From: an uncultured bacterium
GTDB lineage: Bacteria > Verrucomicrobiota > Verrucomicrobiia > Limisphaerales > UBA8199
Direction of reading: 5' to 3'
NCBI GenBank assembly: GCA_963749495.1
Contig: CAVVMW010000001.1
Location: 704,001-768,000 of the forward strand
Length of the DNA: 64,000 nt
The position numbers and the translations under genes are program-made. Positions within the stretch are counted from its first letter, which is position 1. Each line of letters opens with the position of its first letter. The notes beneath the pieces were generated by a model. It made no database searches, was not told the DNA's origin, and worked only from the letters and a program-made list of their open reading frames with translations. Below are positions 19,603 to 29,896 of this stretch, piece by piece.

Positions 19603-20776
19603 TCTGGCCCAGCACATCGAGCACGGACTCTGTCATGCGCTCGGGGGTGAGGGCGGTCATGCAACGGAAATCAATTGGGCAGGCGCGGCGGAAGCAGGGG
19701 GCGCAAGGGGCGTCGGACTTGAGCAATCGGTGTTGCGGGTCGCCCGGCAGCCCCGGGCCGGTCAACTCGGGCGAGGTGCTGCCAAAGGGCGCGACCACGG
19801 GCGTGCCGAGGGCGGCGGCCAGGTGCATGGGACCGGAATCGTTGGTGAGCAGGACTCGGCACAGCCTGAGCAGGGCCATCAGCTCCCGCAGGGAGGTCCG
19901 CCCCGCCAGGTTGAAAGCCTTGCCTGCGGACGCGCCCGCTATCCCTTCGCACAATTCCCGATCATTGGGCAAGCCAAACACGAGCCACACGCACGAGTCG
20001 GACCCCAGCCGGCGGCTCACCTCGAGGGCCGTGGCGGCAAAACGCTCCGCCGGCCAGCGTTTTGCCGGGCCGTATTCGGCCCCGGGATTCAGTCCCAGGA
20101 CCAGGAGGCGCGCCAGGTCGGGCGGCGGGCCCTGGCGCGAGCGGGGCAACTGGGCCAGGAGAGTCTTGCCCGCGCGCTCGACCTCGTCCGGCGCGACCTC
20201 CAGCCTGGGCGGCAGCGGGTCCGGGTTCGCGCCCAGGGCGGCCGCCAGGCGCAGATACCCATGGACCTGGTGGGCGGAGGAAGGCGGCGGGGCTTCGAGC
20301 CCCAAGGCCGATTGGCGGCGGCGAATTTCCCGGACCGACAGCTTGCGCATCCGGACGCGGCCCACGCGCTCCGCGATGGCGTGGGTGAGAAACCAGTTGC
20401 GCCAGGGGCGCGCGCAACCGATGCGCCGCGGGACCCCTCCCAGCCACGGTTCCAACGCGGACCGCACCGAATTGGGCAGGATGAGCGCCAGGTCGAAACC
20501 CGGGCCGCCTCGGATTCGCCTTGCAACCGACCACACGCTCTCCCCCGCTGAAAAGGCCATGACCTGATCAATGCCCGGCAGGTGATGCCAAAGCCCGGCG
20601 AGCTTTTCGGGCGTGAGCAGCGTGATGGAGGCTCGGGGCAGCCGCTGGCGCAATCGTTGCAGGGCCGGCGTGGTCATTACGGCATCCCCCAGCCAATTGA
20701 CGCCTCGCACCAGCAGGCGCCCAGACCAGTCGGCAGGCAGAGGCTCCAGCGCGGGGGATGAGGCAGGGGAGGACAT
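19595..20776 (-). CDS. waaF: LPS heptosyltransferase II (GT9)
   Basis: NWLGDAVM, NPGAEYGPAKRWP, LAGRTSL, TNDSGPMHLAAA. Confidence 0.92.
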   Translation of the reverse strand: MSSPASSPALEPLPADWSGRLLVRGVNWLGDAVMTTPALQRLRQRLPRASITLLTPEKLAGLWHHLPGIDQVMAFSAGESVWSVARRIRGGPGFDLALILPNSVRSALEPWLGGVPRRIGCARPWRNWFLTHAIAERVGRVRMRKLSVREIRRRQSALGLEAPPPSSAHQVHGYLRLAAALGANPDPLPPRLEVAPDEVERAGKTLLAQLPRSRQGPPPDLARLLVLGLNPGAEYGPAKRWPAERFAATALEVSRRLGSDSCVWLVFGLPNDRELCEGIAGASAGKAFNLAGRTSLRELMALLRLCRVLLTNDSGPMHLAAALGTPVVAPFGSTSPELTGPGLPGDPQHRLLKSDAPCAPCFRRACPIDFRCMTALTPERMTESVLDVLGQKG

Positions 20777-20779
20777 GGA

Positions 20780-21943
20780 TCACCGCTCGCCAGGGCCGGA
20801 ACTCTGGGCCCTGAAATCCGATAGCCGATAGCCGAGGCAGGCAGAAAAATGGGGGCAGAAAGATAAGCAAGAGACCCATTTTTCTGTCCCCATTTTTCTG
20901 CATGATTTTGGATTTCGTGCTTCGGATTTCGGATTTGGAATTTCAGATTCCAAATTTCCGATTTCAGATCTCGGGCCTCCGCCCTCCGTCCTCCGCCCTC
21001 CGTCCTCCGCCCTCCGCCCTCCGTCCTCCGTCCTCCGCCCTCCGTCCTCCGCCCTCCGCCCTCCGGCCGCCCTGTGCTTCCATCGGTTGTGTACCCAGAA
21101 CCAATTGGCGGGGTCGTGGCGCACGGCGATTTCGAAGGCGCGGTTCACCTCGGCCATGATGTCCGCCAGGGGACGGGGCTTGCCGTTTTGGTGGGTTGGG
21201 ATTTCGGCGCCGGCTTCGATGCGCCACTGGGCGAGGCCCACGCGGTAGCAGAATCCGGTGAGCAGAGCGCAGTCGTAGCGCAGCGCAAAGAGGGCCGGGG
21301 CGGGCGAGGTCGAGCAGTCCCGGCCCAGGAAGGGCAGGCGCAGGCCGCTGGCCCCGGCGGCCTGGTCGGAGAGCAAGCCCAGGATGATCGCGGGCCGGCG
21401 CATGAAGGCCTTGAGTGCCGGCCCCTCGAAGCGGCGCTCGAAGAAGAGGCAGCCCGAGCGGGCGCGCAGGGCCTGGAGCAAGCCGTTGAGCGAGGGTTGC
21501 CGCAAACCCCGATAGGTTGTGGCGCACTGGTAGCCGGGGGCGAACTGGCCGATGCGGGCGTAGAGTTCGAAATTGCCGAAGTGGCCTATGGCGGCGACCC
21601 GGCGCCGGGGCTGCGCGCCCGGGGCGGGCTGCTGGAGTTGCGGGGCCACGAACTGGACGTGCGGGCGCAACTCCTCGAACGTCATGGCGGCGGTCTTGGC
21701 GGCGCAGGCGAAGTTCTCGCCGATGCGCCGAAAGTTCTCGCGGGCGAGGGCGCGGATTTGAGCCGGGGACTTCTCCGCGCCGAAACAAAGGGCGAGGTTG
21801 TTCAGGGCCACGCGCCGGTGCCGGGCGTCAAACCAATAGACCAGCCCGCCCACGGTCCGGCCGATTCGGGCGACCCATCGCAGCGGCAGGGCTTGTGCCA
21901 GCGCCACCAGGGCGCGCGCCAACCAGTAGAGGAGCGGTTCCAT
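20780..21943 (-). CDS. lpxL: Lipid A late acyltransferase (LpxL/HtrB family) with repeat-derived C-terminal extension
   Basis: HFGNFE, LSDQ, PANWFWVHNRWK, followed by translated heptamer repeats. Confidence 0.85.
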   Translation of the reverse strand: MEPLLYWLARALVALAQALPLRWVARIGRTVGGLVYWFDARHRRVALNNLALCFGAEKSPAQIRALARENFRRIGENFACAAKTAAMTFEELRPHVQFVAPQLQQPAPGAQPRRRVAAIGHFGNFELYARIGQFAPGYQCATTYRGLRQPSLNGLLQALRARSGCLFFERRFEGPALKAFMRRPAIILGLLSDQAAGASGLRLPFLGRDCSTSPAPALFALRYDCALLTGFCYRVGLAQWRIEAGAEIPTHQNGKPRPLADIMAEVNRAFEIAVRHDPANWFWVHNRWKHRAAGGRRAEDGGRRTEDGGRRAEDGGRRTEGGGPRSEIGNLESEIPNPKSEARNPKSCRKMGTEKWVSCLSFCPHFSACLGYRLSDFRAQSSGPGER

Positions 21944-21957
21944 CGTTCAAGTCACAG

Positions 21958-23129
21958 TCAGTGAAAGCAAATCTTGCTCACGCAGTCCTGGAAGTCGTTG
22001 GCCCCGCTCAGGATCTTGATTTCGACGCGCATGAAATAGATGGGCAAATCGCGGCGGTCAATCCTGGGAAAGCGGACGGCGTCCTTCTGGGTGGTAACGA
22101 TGGTCTGGGCCTGGCGTTTCTTGCTGCGGTTGATGGCATTGAGGATCTCCTGCTGGGAAAAGCGGTGATGGTCGGCAAAGCGTTTGGAATAGACCAGTTC
22201 GGCGCCCAGTTCGACCAGGCTCTGCTCGAAGCTCTCCGGCTGGGCGATGCCGCTGAGCGCGGCCACTTTGCAGCCGCGCAGCAGGTCCAGGTCCGTCCGC
22301 TGGCCGGTGAAGACGTCCTCGAGGTAGAGGGGGTGATGGATGCACTCGATGATGCCGGCGTCGGGATTGAGCCGGGCGATGCGCCGGCGCAACGCGGCGG
22401 TTTTGCCGTCGCTCTTGGTGATGAAGATGGTGCTGGCGCGGGCCAGGTGCGAGGGGGCTCGCGCAGGGTGCCGCGCGGCAGCAGCCGCTCGTTGCCGAAG
22501 GGCTGCTGGCGGTCGATCAGGACGATGTCCAGCCGGCGGCCCCGGAGCTTCCAATACTGGAAGCCGTCGTCCAGCAGCAGCGTGTCGCAGCCGAATTTCT
22601 CGATGGCGTAGCGCCCGCTCTTGACGCGGTCCTTGTCCACCAGCACGACCACGTCCTTGAGATTGGAGGCCAGCATGTAGGGCTCGTTGCCCGCCATCTC
22701 CGAGTCCAGCAGGAGCGAACGCCCGTCCGAGACCACCCGCGGCGGCGTGGTGTCGTCCTGGAGGAAGATCTTGTTGAGCAGCCAGCGGTGCAGGGGCCTG
22801 GGCTTGGAACGGTAGCCGCGCGAGAGGATGGCCACGTTCCGGCCCTGGTCGCGCAATTCGCGCGCGAATTTCTCCACCACAGGCGTCTTGCCGGTGCCTC
22901 CCACCGTGAGATTGCCGATGGCGATCACCTGCACGCCCAGGGTCGAATCCCGCAGCAGACGCAGGTTGTAGAGCCCCCGCCGCCAGAGTATCGCCACGTG
23001 GAAGGCCTTCGAGCACAAGTACGCCACGGAGCGCACCAGCGCGGGGACCGTCCCGCGCCGCTCGCCCAGAATGACCTCCAACAGGAAGGTCTCCAGATTC
23101 TCCGTCCAGGCCCGAAACCTCTCGCTCAT
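21958..23129 (-). CDS. lpxK: Tetraacyldisaccharide 4'-kinase; frameshift near 22455
   Basis: [47 protein letters not shown]. Confidence 0.93.
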
Positions 23130-23254
23130 GTCCGGCGAGTCTGCCAAGCCCTGCGCCGGGAAGCAAGCCGGTGCCGGGCGCCTCCCGGCACCTTGCGGGC
23201 TTCGCGTCAATTTGGGTTGACCCCGGGCGGCGGCGTTTGCAGAGTGACCTCACC

Positions 23255-24244
23255 ATGCTGCGACCTAGCTTCATCGGGATGGCCGGCCTTTCCGTAGCCG
23301 GATTGTTCACTGCACTTGCCGCCGACAACGCCGCGGCCCCTGCCTCAGGCCAGGGCGTCCAACTCACCGAACTGGCCGACCGTGTCCGGGTCGAGATCGA
23401 TGGCCGGCTCTTTACCCAGTACCTCTTTGGCAAGACCGTGGCGCGCCCGTACTGCTACCCGCTCATCGGGCCGGGCGAGGCCCGGATGACGCGGGACTGG
23501 CCGATGAAAAACAGCCCAAACGAGGCCCATGACCATCCGCACCACCGCTCGTTCTGGTTCGCACATGGGTCGATGAACGGACTGGATTTCTGGTCCGAAG
23601 AAAAGAATTTTGGCAGGACGGTCCATGACGGCTTCATCGAGATCAAGTCCGGGAGCGAATCGGGCGTCATCAAGTCGCGCAACAATTGGGTGGCGGCCGA
23701 CGGGACGGTCGTGTGCCGGGATGAGCGCGCATTGCGCATCTACAACCCGGGGGACCGTCCCGAGCGGATAGTGGACTTCGAGATCACGCTCTTTGCCTCC
23801 AACGGCCCGCTGACCCTGGGGGACACCAAGGAGGGGACGATGGCCTTGCGGCTGGCGGAGACCATGAGGCTCACCGGGCCGGTGGGCCACGGCCATATTG
23901 TCAACAGCCAGGGCGTCCGCGACAGCGCCACCTGGGGCAAACGCGCCGACTGGTGCGATTATTATGGACCGGTCAACGGCAAAACGGTCGGGGTGGCCAT
24001 CTTCGACCATCCGCAGAATCCCCGGCATCCCACGTGGTGGCATGTTCGCGATTACGGGTTGTTCGCCGCCAATCCCTTCGGCCAGCATGACTTCGAAGAG
24101 CTGCTCGATAAGAAGGCCGGCGACCTCGTTGTTCCTGCCGGCCAAAGCGTGACCTTCCGCTACCGTTTCTACCTGCACGAGGGCGATGAAAAACACGCCA
24201 GAGTGGCTGAAAAGTACCGTGAATACACAAACCCCCATCCCTAG
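23255..24244 (+). CDS. Secreted DUF6807/'PmoA'-labelled family protein
   Basis: Signal peptide, DHPHHRSFWFAHG, DHPQNPRHPTWWHVRDYGLFAANP. Confidence 0.75.
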   Translation: MLRPSFIGMAGLSVAGLFTALAADNAAAPASGQGVQLTELADRVRVEIDGRLFTQYLFGKTVARPYCYPLIGPGEARMTRDWPMKNSPNEAHDHPHHRSFWFAHGSMNGLDFWSEEKNFGRTVHDGFIEIKSGSESGVIKSRNNWVAADGTVVCRDERALRIYNPGDRPERIVDFEITLFASNGPLTLGDTKEGTMALRLAETMRLTGPVGHGHIVNSQGVRDSATWGKRADWCDYYGPVNGKTVGVAIFDHPQNPRHPTWWHVRDYGLFAANPFGQHDFEELLDKKAGDLVVPAGQSVTFRYRFYLHEGDEKHARVAEKYREYTNPHP

Positions 24245-24323
24245 AAGGAGCGAGTGCCGAGCCCCATGTCCGACCCGTCTGACCAGTCCGGCTGGTCGGA
24301 CCCTTCAAGCAACGCAGCCTGCC

Positions 24324-25793
24324 ATGAATAACACGATGACCAACCTGAACCGCCGCAGGTTTCTAAAGACGACCCTCGGCTCAACCGTCGCTATCGGCTT
24401 GTGGCCGGCGCTGAGTTGGCGCGCCCGCGGCGCGAACGAAGACATCCGGGTCGCGGTGGTGGGCTTCAACGGTCGCGGGGGCGATCACATCAACGGCTTG
24501 AGGAGGGTCAAAGGGGTGCGGTTGGTGGCGCTCTGCGACGTGGATAGCGACGTGCTGGGCCGGGAGGTGAAGCGGTGCCAGGACCGCGCCGAGCCGGTGC
24601 AGGGCTATGCGGACCTCCGCCGGTTGCTGGAAAGCCCGGAGATCGATGCCGTGAGCATCGCCACGCCCAACCATTGGCATTCCCTGGCCGCGATCTGGGC
24701 CATCCAGGCAGGCAAGGATGTCTATGTCGAGAAGCCGGTGTCGCACGAGGTCTGGGAGGGGCGGCAACTGGTAACGGCGGCGCGGACCCACGGCAGAATA
24801 GTTCAAGCGGGCACCCAGTCCCGCTCCAGCGCGAACATCGCCCAGGCCATCCAATGGGTCAGGGAAGGGAACGTGGGCAAGATCCGCTGCGCCCGCGGCT
24901 TGTGCTACAAGCCCCGCAAGAGCATCGGCAAGACCGAGGGCCCGCAGCCGATCCCTCCGTCGGTGGATTACGACCTCTGGTGCGGGCCGGCGCCCAATGA
25001 CCCGCTGCGGCGCAAGCACCTGCATTACGACTGGCATTGGGTCTGGCCCACCGGCAACGGGGACATCGGCAACCAGGGCATCCACCAAATGGACCTGGCC
25101 CGGTGGGTCCTGGGCGAATCGGCCCTCTCGCCGCGCATCCTGAGCATCGGCGGCCGCCTGGGTTACACGGATGACGGCACTACTCCCAACACCCAGGTTG
25201 TCCTGCACGATTACTCCGCCGCGCCGCTCTTCTTCGAGGTCCGCGGGTTGCCCGCCGCCGACGGTGCCCAGGAGATGGATAAATTCCACGGGGCCAGCAT
25301 CGGTGTCGTGGTCGAGTGCGAAGGGGGATGGATGGTAATCCCGGATGACGCCAACAGCGCAATCATCCAGGACCGGGACGGCAACGAAATCAAGCGCTTC
25401 GCCGCCAAGGCGGACCATGGGGCGGACCACTATGCCAATTTCATCAACGCCGTCCGCAGCCGGAAGCACACCGACCTCAAGGCGGACATCCTGGAGGGCC
25501 ACCTCTCCAGCGCCCTCTGCCACACGGGTAACATCTCCTATCGCCTGGGCCGCACACACTCGATCGAGGAGATCCGCGACGCACTCAAGACCAGGCCCGG
25601 CATGGCCGAGGCCCTGGGCCGGATGGAGGAGCACCTGGCCGCCAATCACGTGGACCTGGTCAAAACCCCCGCCACGCTGGGTCTGCCGCTCCAGATGGAC
25701 CCCGTCAAAGAACGCTTCATCGGCAACAGCGACGCCAACCAATGGCTCACCCGCCAATACCGCGACCCGTTCGTGGTCCCGAGCGCCGTCTGA
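24324..25793 (+). CDS. Gfo/Idh/MocA oxidoreductase, Tat-exported
   Basis: RRRFLK Tat motif, ATPNHWH, GKDVYVEKP, GNQGIHQMD. Confidence 0.92.
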   Translation: MNNTMTNLNRRRFLKTTLGSTVAIGLWPALSWRARGANEDIRVAVVGFNGRGGDHINGLRRVKGVRLVALCDVDSDVLGREVKRCQDRAEPVQGYADLRRLLESPEIDAVSIATPNHWHSLAAIWAIQAGKDVYVEKPVSHEVWEGRQLVTAARTHGRIVQAGTQSRSSANIAQAIQWVREGNVGKIRCARGLCYKPRKSIGKTEGPQPIPPSVDYDLWCGPAPNDPLRRKHLHYDWHWVWPTGNGDIGNQGIHQMDLARWVLGESALSPRILSIGGRLGYTDDGTTPNTQVVLHDYSAAPLFFEVRGLPAADGAQEMDKFHGASIGVVVECEGGWMVIPDDANSAIIQDRDGNEIKRFAAKADHGADHYANFINAVRSRKHTDLKADILEGHLSSALCHTGNISYRLGRTHSIEEIRDALKTRPGMAEALGRMEEHLAANHVDLVKTPATLGLPLQMDPVKERFIGNSDANQWLTRQYRDPFVVPSAV

Positions 25794-25889
25794 GTGGGCT
25801 GAGGAAGACCGAGCCCAAGTCAGGTGTCGAGCATTGTTCGTCATTCGTCATTCGTCATTCGTCATTCGTCATTCCCCTCTCGCGAACCT

Positions 25890-27272
25890 ATGGCACTGGC
25901 GCCCAGCATCGTCTCCGGCCTGCGGGGCCTGGTCGGCGCGGAAAACGTCCTGACCCAGCCCGAAGACCTGATCCCCTATTCTTTCGACGGCACCGCGGCT
26001 TTGAGGCAGATGCCTGGCTGCATCGTGTTGGCCGCGACCGTGGACCAGGTCTCCGGCGTGTTGAAGCTGGCGCAGCAAACAGGGACCGCCGTGGTCACGC
26101 GCGGTTCGGGCACCGGCTTGAGCGGCGGCAGCTTGCCCAGCCCGGATTGCCTGGTCCTGTGCCTGGTGAAAATGGACCGAATCATCGAGGTGGACCGGGC
26201 GAATCTGACGCTGCTGGTCGAGGCCGGCGCCACGACGGCCAACGTGGCGGACGCGGCGGCGGCGGCCGGCCTGTTCTATCCGCCCGACCCCGGCTCGATG
26301 AACAGTTCGACCCTCGGCGGCAACGTCGCCGAAAACTCCGGCGGGCTGCGCGGCCTCAAGTACGGCGTCACGCGCAATTACGTGATGGGCCTGGAGGTGG
26401 TGCTCCCGGACGGCGAGGTGCTTTGGACCGGGAACAAGTGTGTGAAGGACGTGGCCGGCTACTCGCTCCGGGACCTGTTCATCGGCTCGGAAGGGACGCT
26501 CGGCGTCATCACCAAGGTCCTGCTCAAGCTCATTCCGCGCCCGGCGGCCAAGAGCACGCTCATCGCAACCTACGCCCGGATGGACCAGGCCGCCCAGACC
26601 GTCTCCGATATTATCGCGGCGCAGATCATCCCCTGCACGCTCGAGTTCCTGGACCAAACGACGCTCCGATGCGTCGAGGACTTTGCGCGGGTGGGTCTGC
26701 CGCTGGATTGCGAGGCGCTGCTGCTCATGGAAAGCGACGGCCATCCCGCCGCCGTGGCGGAGGAGAGCGCCCGGATGGCGGAGTTGGCCCGCAACAACGG
26801 CGCCACCCAGGTCCGCGTGGCCCGCGACGAGGCCGAGGCGGCCAGCCTCGCCTCTGCCCGCCGCAGCGCCTTCTCGGCCCTGGCCCGAGTGGCCCCAACC
26901 ACCATCCTCGAAGATGCCACCGTGCCCCGCAGCGAATTGGCCAAGATGCTCCGCTTTATCCAAGGCGTCGCCGCCAAATACCGCCTGCGCATCGGCACCT
27001 TCGGCCACATGGGCGACGGCAACCTGCACCCGACCTTTCTGACCGATGAACGGGACGCCGCCCAGATGCAGCGCGTCCACGAGGCCTTCAAGGAGATCTT
27101 CACCGAGGCCGTCCGGTTGGGCGGCACCATCACCGGCGAGCACGGCATCGGGGTGGCCAAGAAATCCTTCCTGCCCAAGTTCGCCGGGGACGCCCAGATG
27201 CGCGTGATGCGCGAACTCCGCCGCGCCCTGGACCCCAAAGGCATCCTGAACCCGGGAAAGATGTTTGATTGA
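25890..27272 (+). CDS. glcD: FAD-linked glycolate oxidase subunit GlcD-like
   Basis: RGSGTGLSGG, YPPDPGS, GSEGTLG, GHMGDGNLH, GEHGIG, LNPGK. Confidence 0.85.
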   Translation: MALAPSIVSGLRGLVGAENVLTQPEDLIPYSFDGTAALRQMPGCIVLAATVDQVSGVLKLAQQTGTAVVTRGSGTGLSGGSLPSPDCLVLCLVKMDRIIEVDRANLTLLVEAGATTANVADAAAAAGLFYPPDPGSMNSSTLGGNVAENSGGLRGLKYGVTRNYVMGLEVVLPDGEVLWTGNKCVKDVAGYSLRDLFIGSEGTLGVITKVLLKLIPRPAAKSTLIATYARMDQAAQTVSDIIAAQIIPCTLEFLDQTTLRCVEDFARVGLPLDCEALLLMESDGHPAAVAEESARMAELARNNGATQVRVARDEAEAASLASARRSAFSALARVAPTTILEDATVPRSELAKMLRFIQGVAAKYRLRIGTFGHMGDGNLHPTFLTDERDAAQMQRVHEAFKEIFTEAVRLGGTITGEHGIGVAKKSFLPKFAGDAQMRVMRELRRALDPKGILNPGKMFD

Positions 27273-29219
27273 AAGCGTGCCTGCCAGCGGGCGTATCCGC
27301 GTCCTTTTTGTCCCTTATGTCGCTTATGTCCCTTTTGTCCCTTGTCCCTTGCTCTCCAGCGGTTCTGTTTGCGGCGTTTATCTCGCTGGCTTCGGCCGCG
27401 GACCAGCCCGCTGCTTCGCGCCCTCCGGCAGTCATTTATACCTTCGATGCCCGGCCGCTCAACCAACTGGACCTGGGGGCGCCCACCAATGCCGCGCGGC
27501 TTTGGGACACGCTGCACGTGCTGGCGGCGCTACAGGGCCTGGCCAACCGGGACGCGCCCCGGTTTTACCTCTTTTACTGCAGCGAATTTGGCGTGGACAC
27601 CGACCAGTTCTGGTTCGATTGGTTTCGCACGGAGGATGGCTGGCTCAAGGGCGCCGCGGTTCGGCCGATGGCCTCGCTCGAAGAGGCAGTCGGCCTTTTT
27701 CGTTCCGTGTTTCGGGGCCTGGTGGTTTATGACCCGGCAGTGCCCGCCACGTCGAATGTCGCCTCGACCGCCGCCGGTTGCGAGGACCTGCTCCCGGTGC
27801 GTTACGACCCCACGCCGGGTTCGGTGTTTGACCTGCTGGTCCGCCGGCTCAAACTGCCGGTGAGATTATGGCTGCTCAAGAGCGACGGCACGTCGAGCTT
27901 CACCGGCCGCGGCCAGGTGCCGGACCTGGACGAACCATCAAGCGGCAGCGCAAAGGTGGACGCCTGCCGGTGGGCCTTGAAACGCTACATGCGCCCGGGC
28001 GGCTGCGCACCCGGCCTTGCCGCCTACTACATCGATGCTGACTGGCTCCGGCACCCGCGCGGCAATCCGACGCTGCACACTCTCTCCAACCACGATTACT
28101 TCATCGCCCGGCGCGCCTTCTTTTTCGACCTCTCGCCCTGGGGCGACGAGGCGCCGGGCGACGACCCGGACCAGCTGCTGGGTTTGGACCGGAAGGCCTT
28201 CCTGGAGGTGCTGCGGGCGCTCTATGATCGCGCGGGCGGGGCCGTGCTCCAGATCGGCGGCTTCACTCCCTGGCCCTACAAATACACCACTCACTCCAGG
28301 CCGCCGGGCCGGCACGAGGGCGTTCCTACCGAGTGGGAGTTCGGCCGGCTGATCTCGCAGTTCAATGGCTACATGGAGGCGGATGCCGCGGGCCTGAGCG
28401 CCATGGCCAATGCCTCCTTTTGCCGGCACTACCCGCTGGCAGCGCGCTACCGGCAACCCAATCCCAAGCCCGCCCTGGACCAGTGGCGGGCGCGGGGCTA
28501 CTTGACCGCCGCCGGCAGGCCGGCCAACAAGCTCTTTGTGGGCCATTACGTGGGCGATTACGATGCCCCGTCCTGGCTCTACAAGGCGGTGCCGGCCTTC
28601 TTTGGCGACCCATCCCGGGGCAGGTGCCCTTGGGCTGGGCCTTCGATCCCAACCTGGCCGACCGCGCGCCCCAGGCCCTGGTCTATGCCTATCGCCACGC
28701 CACCACCAACGACTTTTTCATCGCCGGCGACTCCGGGGCCGGCTACCTCAACCCGCGCGCCTTGACCGTCCGGCCGGACTCGAGCCTGCCGCCAGAGGGC
28801 TTGGCGCATGGACCGAGCATTGCCGGCGGCATTTCACCCGCTGGGACATGAGTATCACCGGCTTCATCCTGGACGGTTCGGGCGGCGCCTCCACCGAACT
28901 GGAATTCACCGCCTACCGCTCGTTCAGCCCCGATGGCGCCGGCACCCATTTCGAGGACAAACCGGCGCTTCACCTCGGCCTGCCGACCTGCCCCGAGCGA
29001 GATTTGCCCGACGACCCAGCCCAGGCGGCCGCCCGAATCGCACAGGCAGCCCAGGCGCGAAACGGCCGCCCCGGATTCCTTTGGGCACGGAGCATCCTCA
29101 AGGCCCCGCGCTGGTATGCCGACCTCTCACGCCGTCTGGCCGAAAAATACCCGGATGGGGAGGTGGTGGTAGTGGATCCTTATACGTTTTTCGGGCTGGT
29201 GAAGCTGCAATGCGAATGA
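27269..29219 (+). CDS. GxGYxYP-type putative glycoside hydrolase; frameshifts near 28620 and 28795
   Basis: LQGLANRDAPR, YVGDYD, PLGWAF, GDSGAGYLNP spread over three frames. Confidence 0.65.
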
Positions 29220-29508
29220 GCGAGCCAAGAGCGGCGGTACACGCCGCACTCCAGGCGCTCCGCGAAGCAGGGACGCGCCGCCGAAGTCGCGACGCCCCTG
29301 GAGTGCGCGGCATTCCCGCGCTGTCGCTTCGTCATTCGTCATTCCGCCGGCCTTTACCTCCCGCCTTTTCGACTACCCCCGCAGCCCCCTGGACCTTTGT
29401 TGAGAATCAGAATAAGGACCGGAAGTCCACCGTGGGAGTATCTCGACAGTACTACCACTTCCAGAGCAGGGGCGGCAATCTGGAGACCAGTCTTGCCAAG
29501 CCGCAGGG

Positions 29509-29733
29509 CAACCCGGAGGGTTGCCAGAAGGTAGCCGGGGGTCGCCGCGTAGCGGTGACCCCCGGTCAAGCCTGAGAAGGATCCTGCACCCCGGAACGGG
29601 GTGCCAGGAGCCAGCCTCCGCGCGCCCGAGATGCCTTCTGGCATCCCTCCGGGATGCAGAGACGTATCGCCCGTGGACCGGGGGTCTCGCTGCGCTTCGA
29701 CCCCCGGCTACCTTCTTTCATCCCTCCGGGATG
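29509..29733. repeat. REPIN family B copy (inverted)
   Basis: Reverse complement of the 6922-7148 organisation. Confidence 0.88.
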
Positions 29734-29896
29734 AACGCGTTGCCCGAACCGTGTCCCATTTCTCCAACCCTGGCGGTGCTGCCGTCGAGATACGCCCCGT
29801 CCACGGTTACTCGGGCGCATTATCATTGACACGCGGCCTGCGATGGAGGAAGCGTGAGGCGTGAACGACAGAACGGATCCATTCACGCGCTGAGCC

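Noticed and set aside
23255..24244. Methane monooxygenase PmoA
   Set aside because: Soluble secreted protein with no pmoB/pmoC nearby; the family label is a misnomer.
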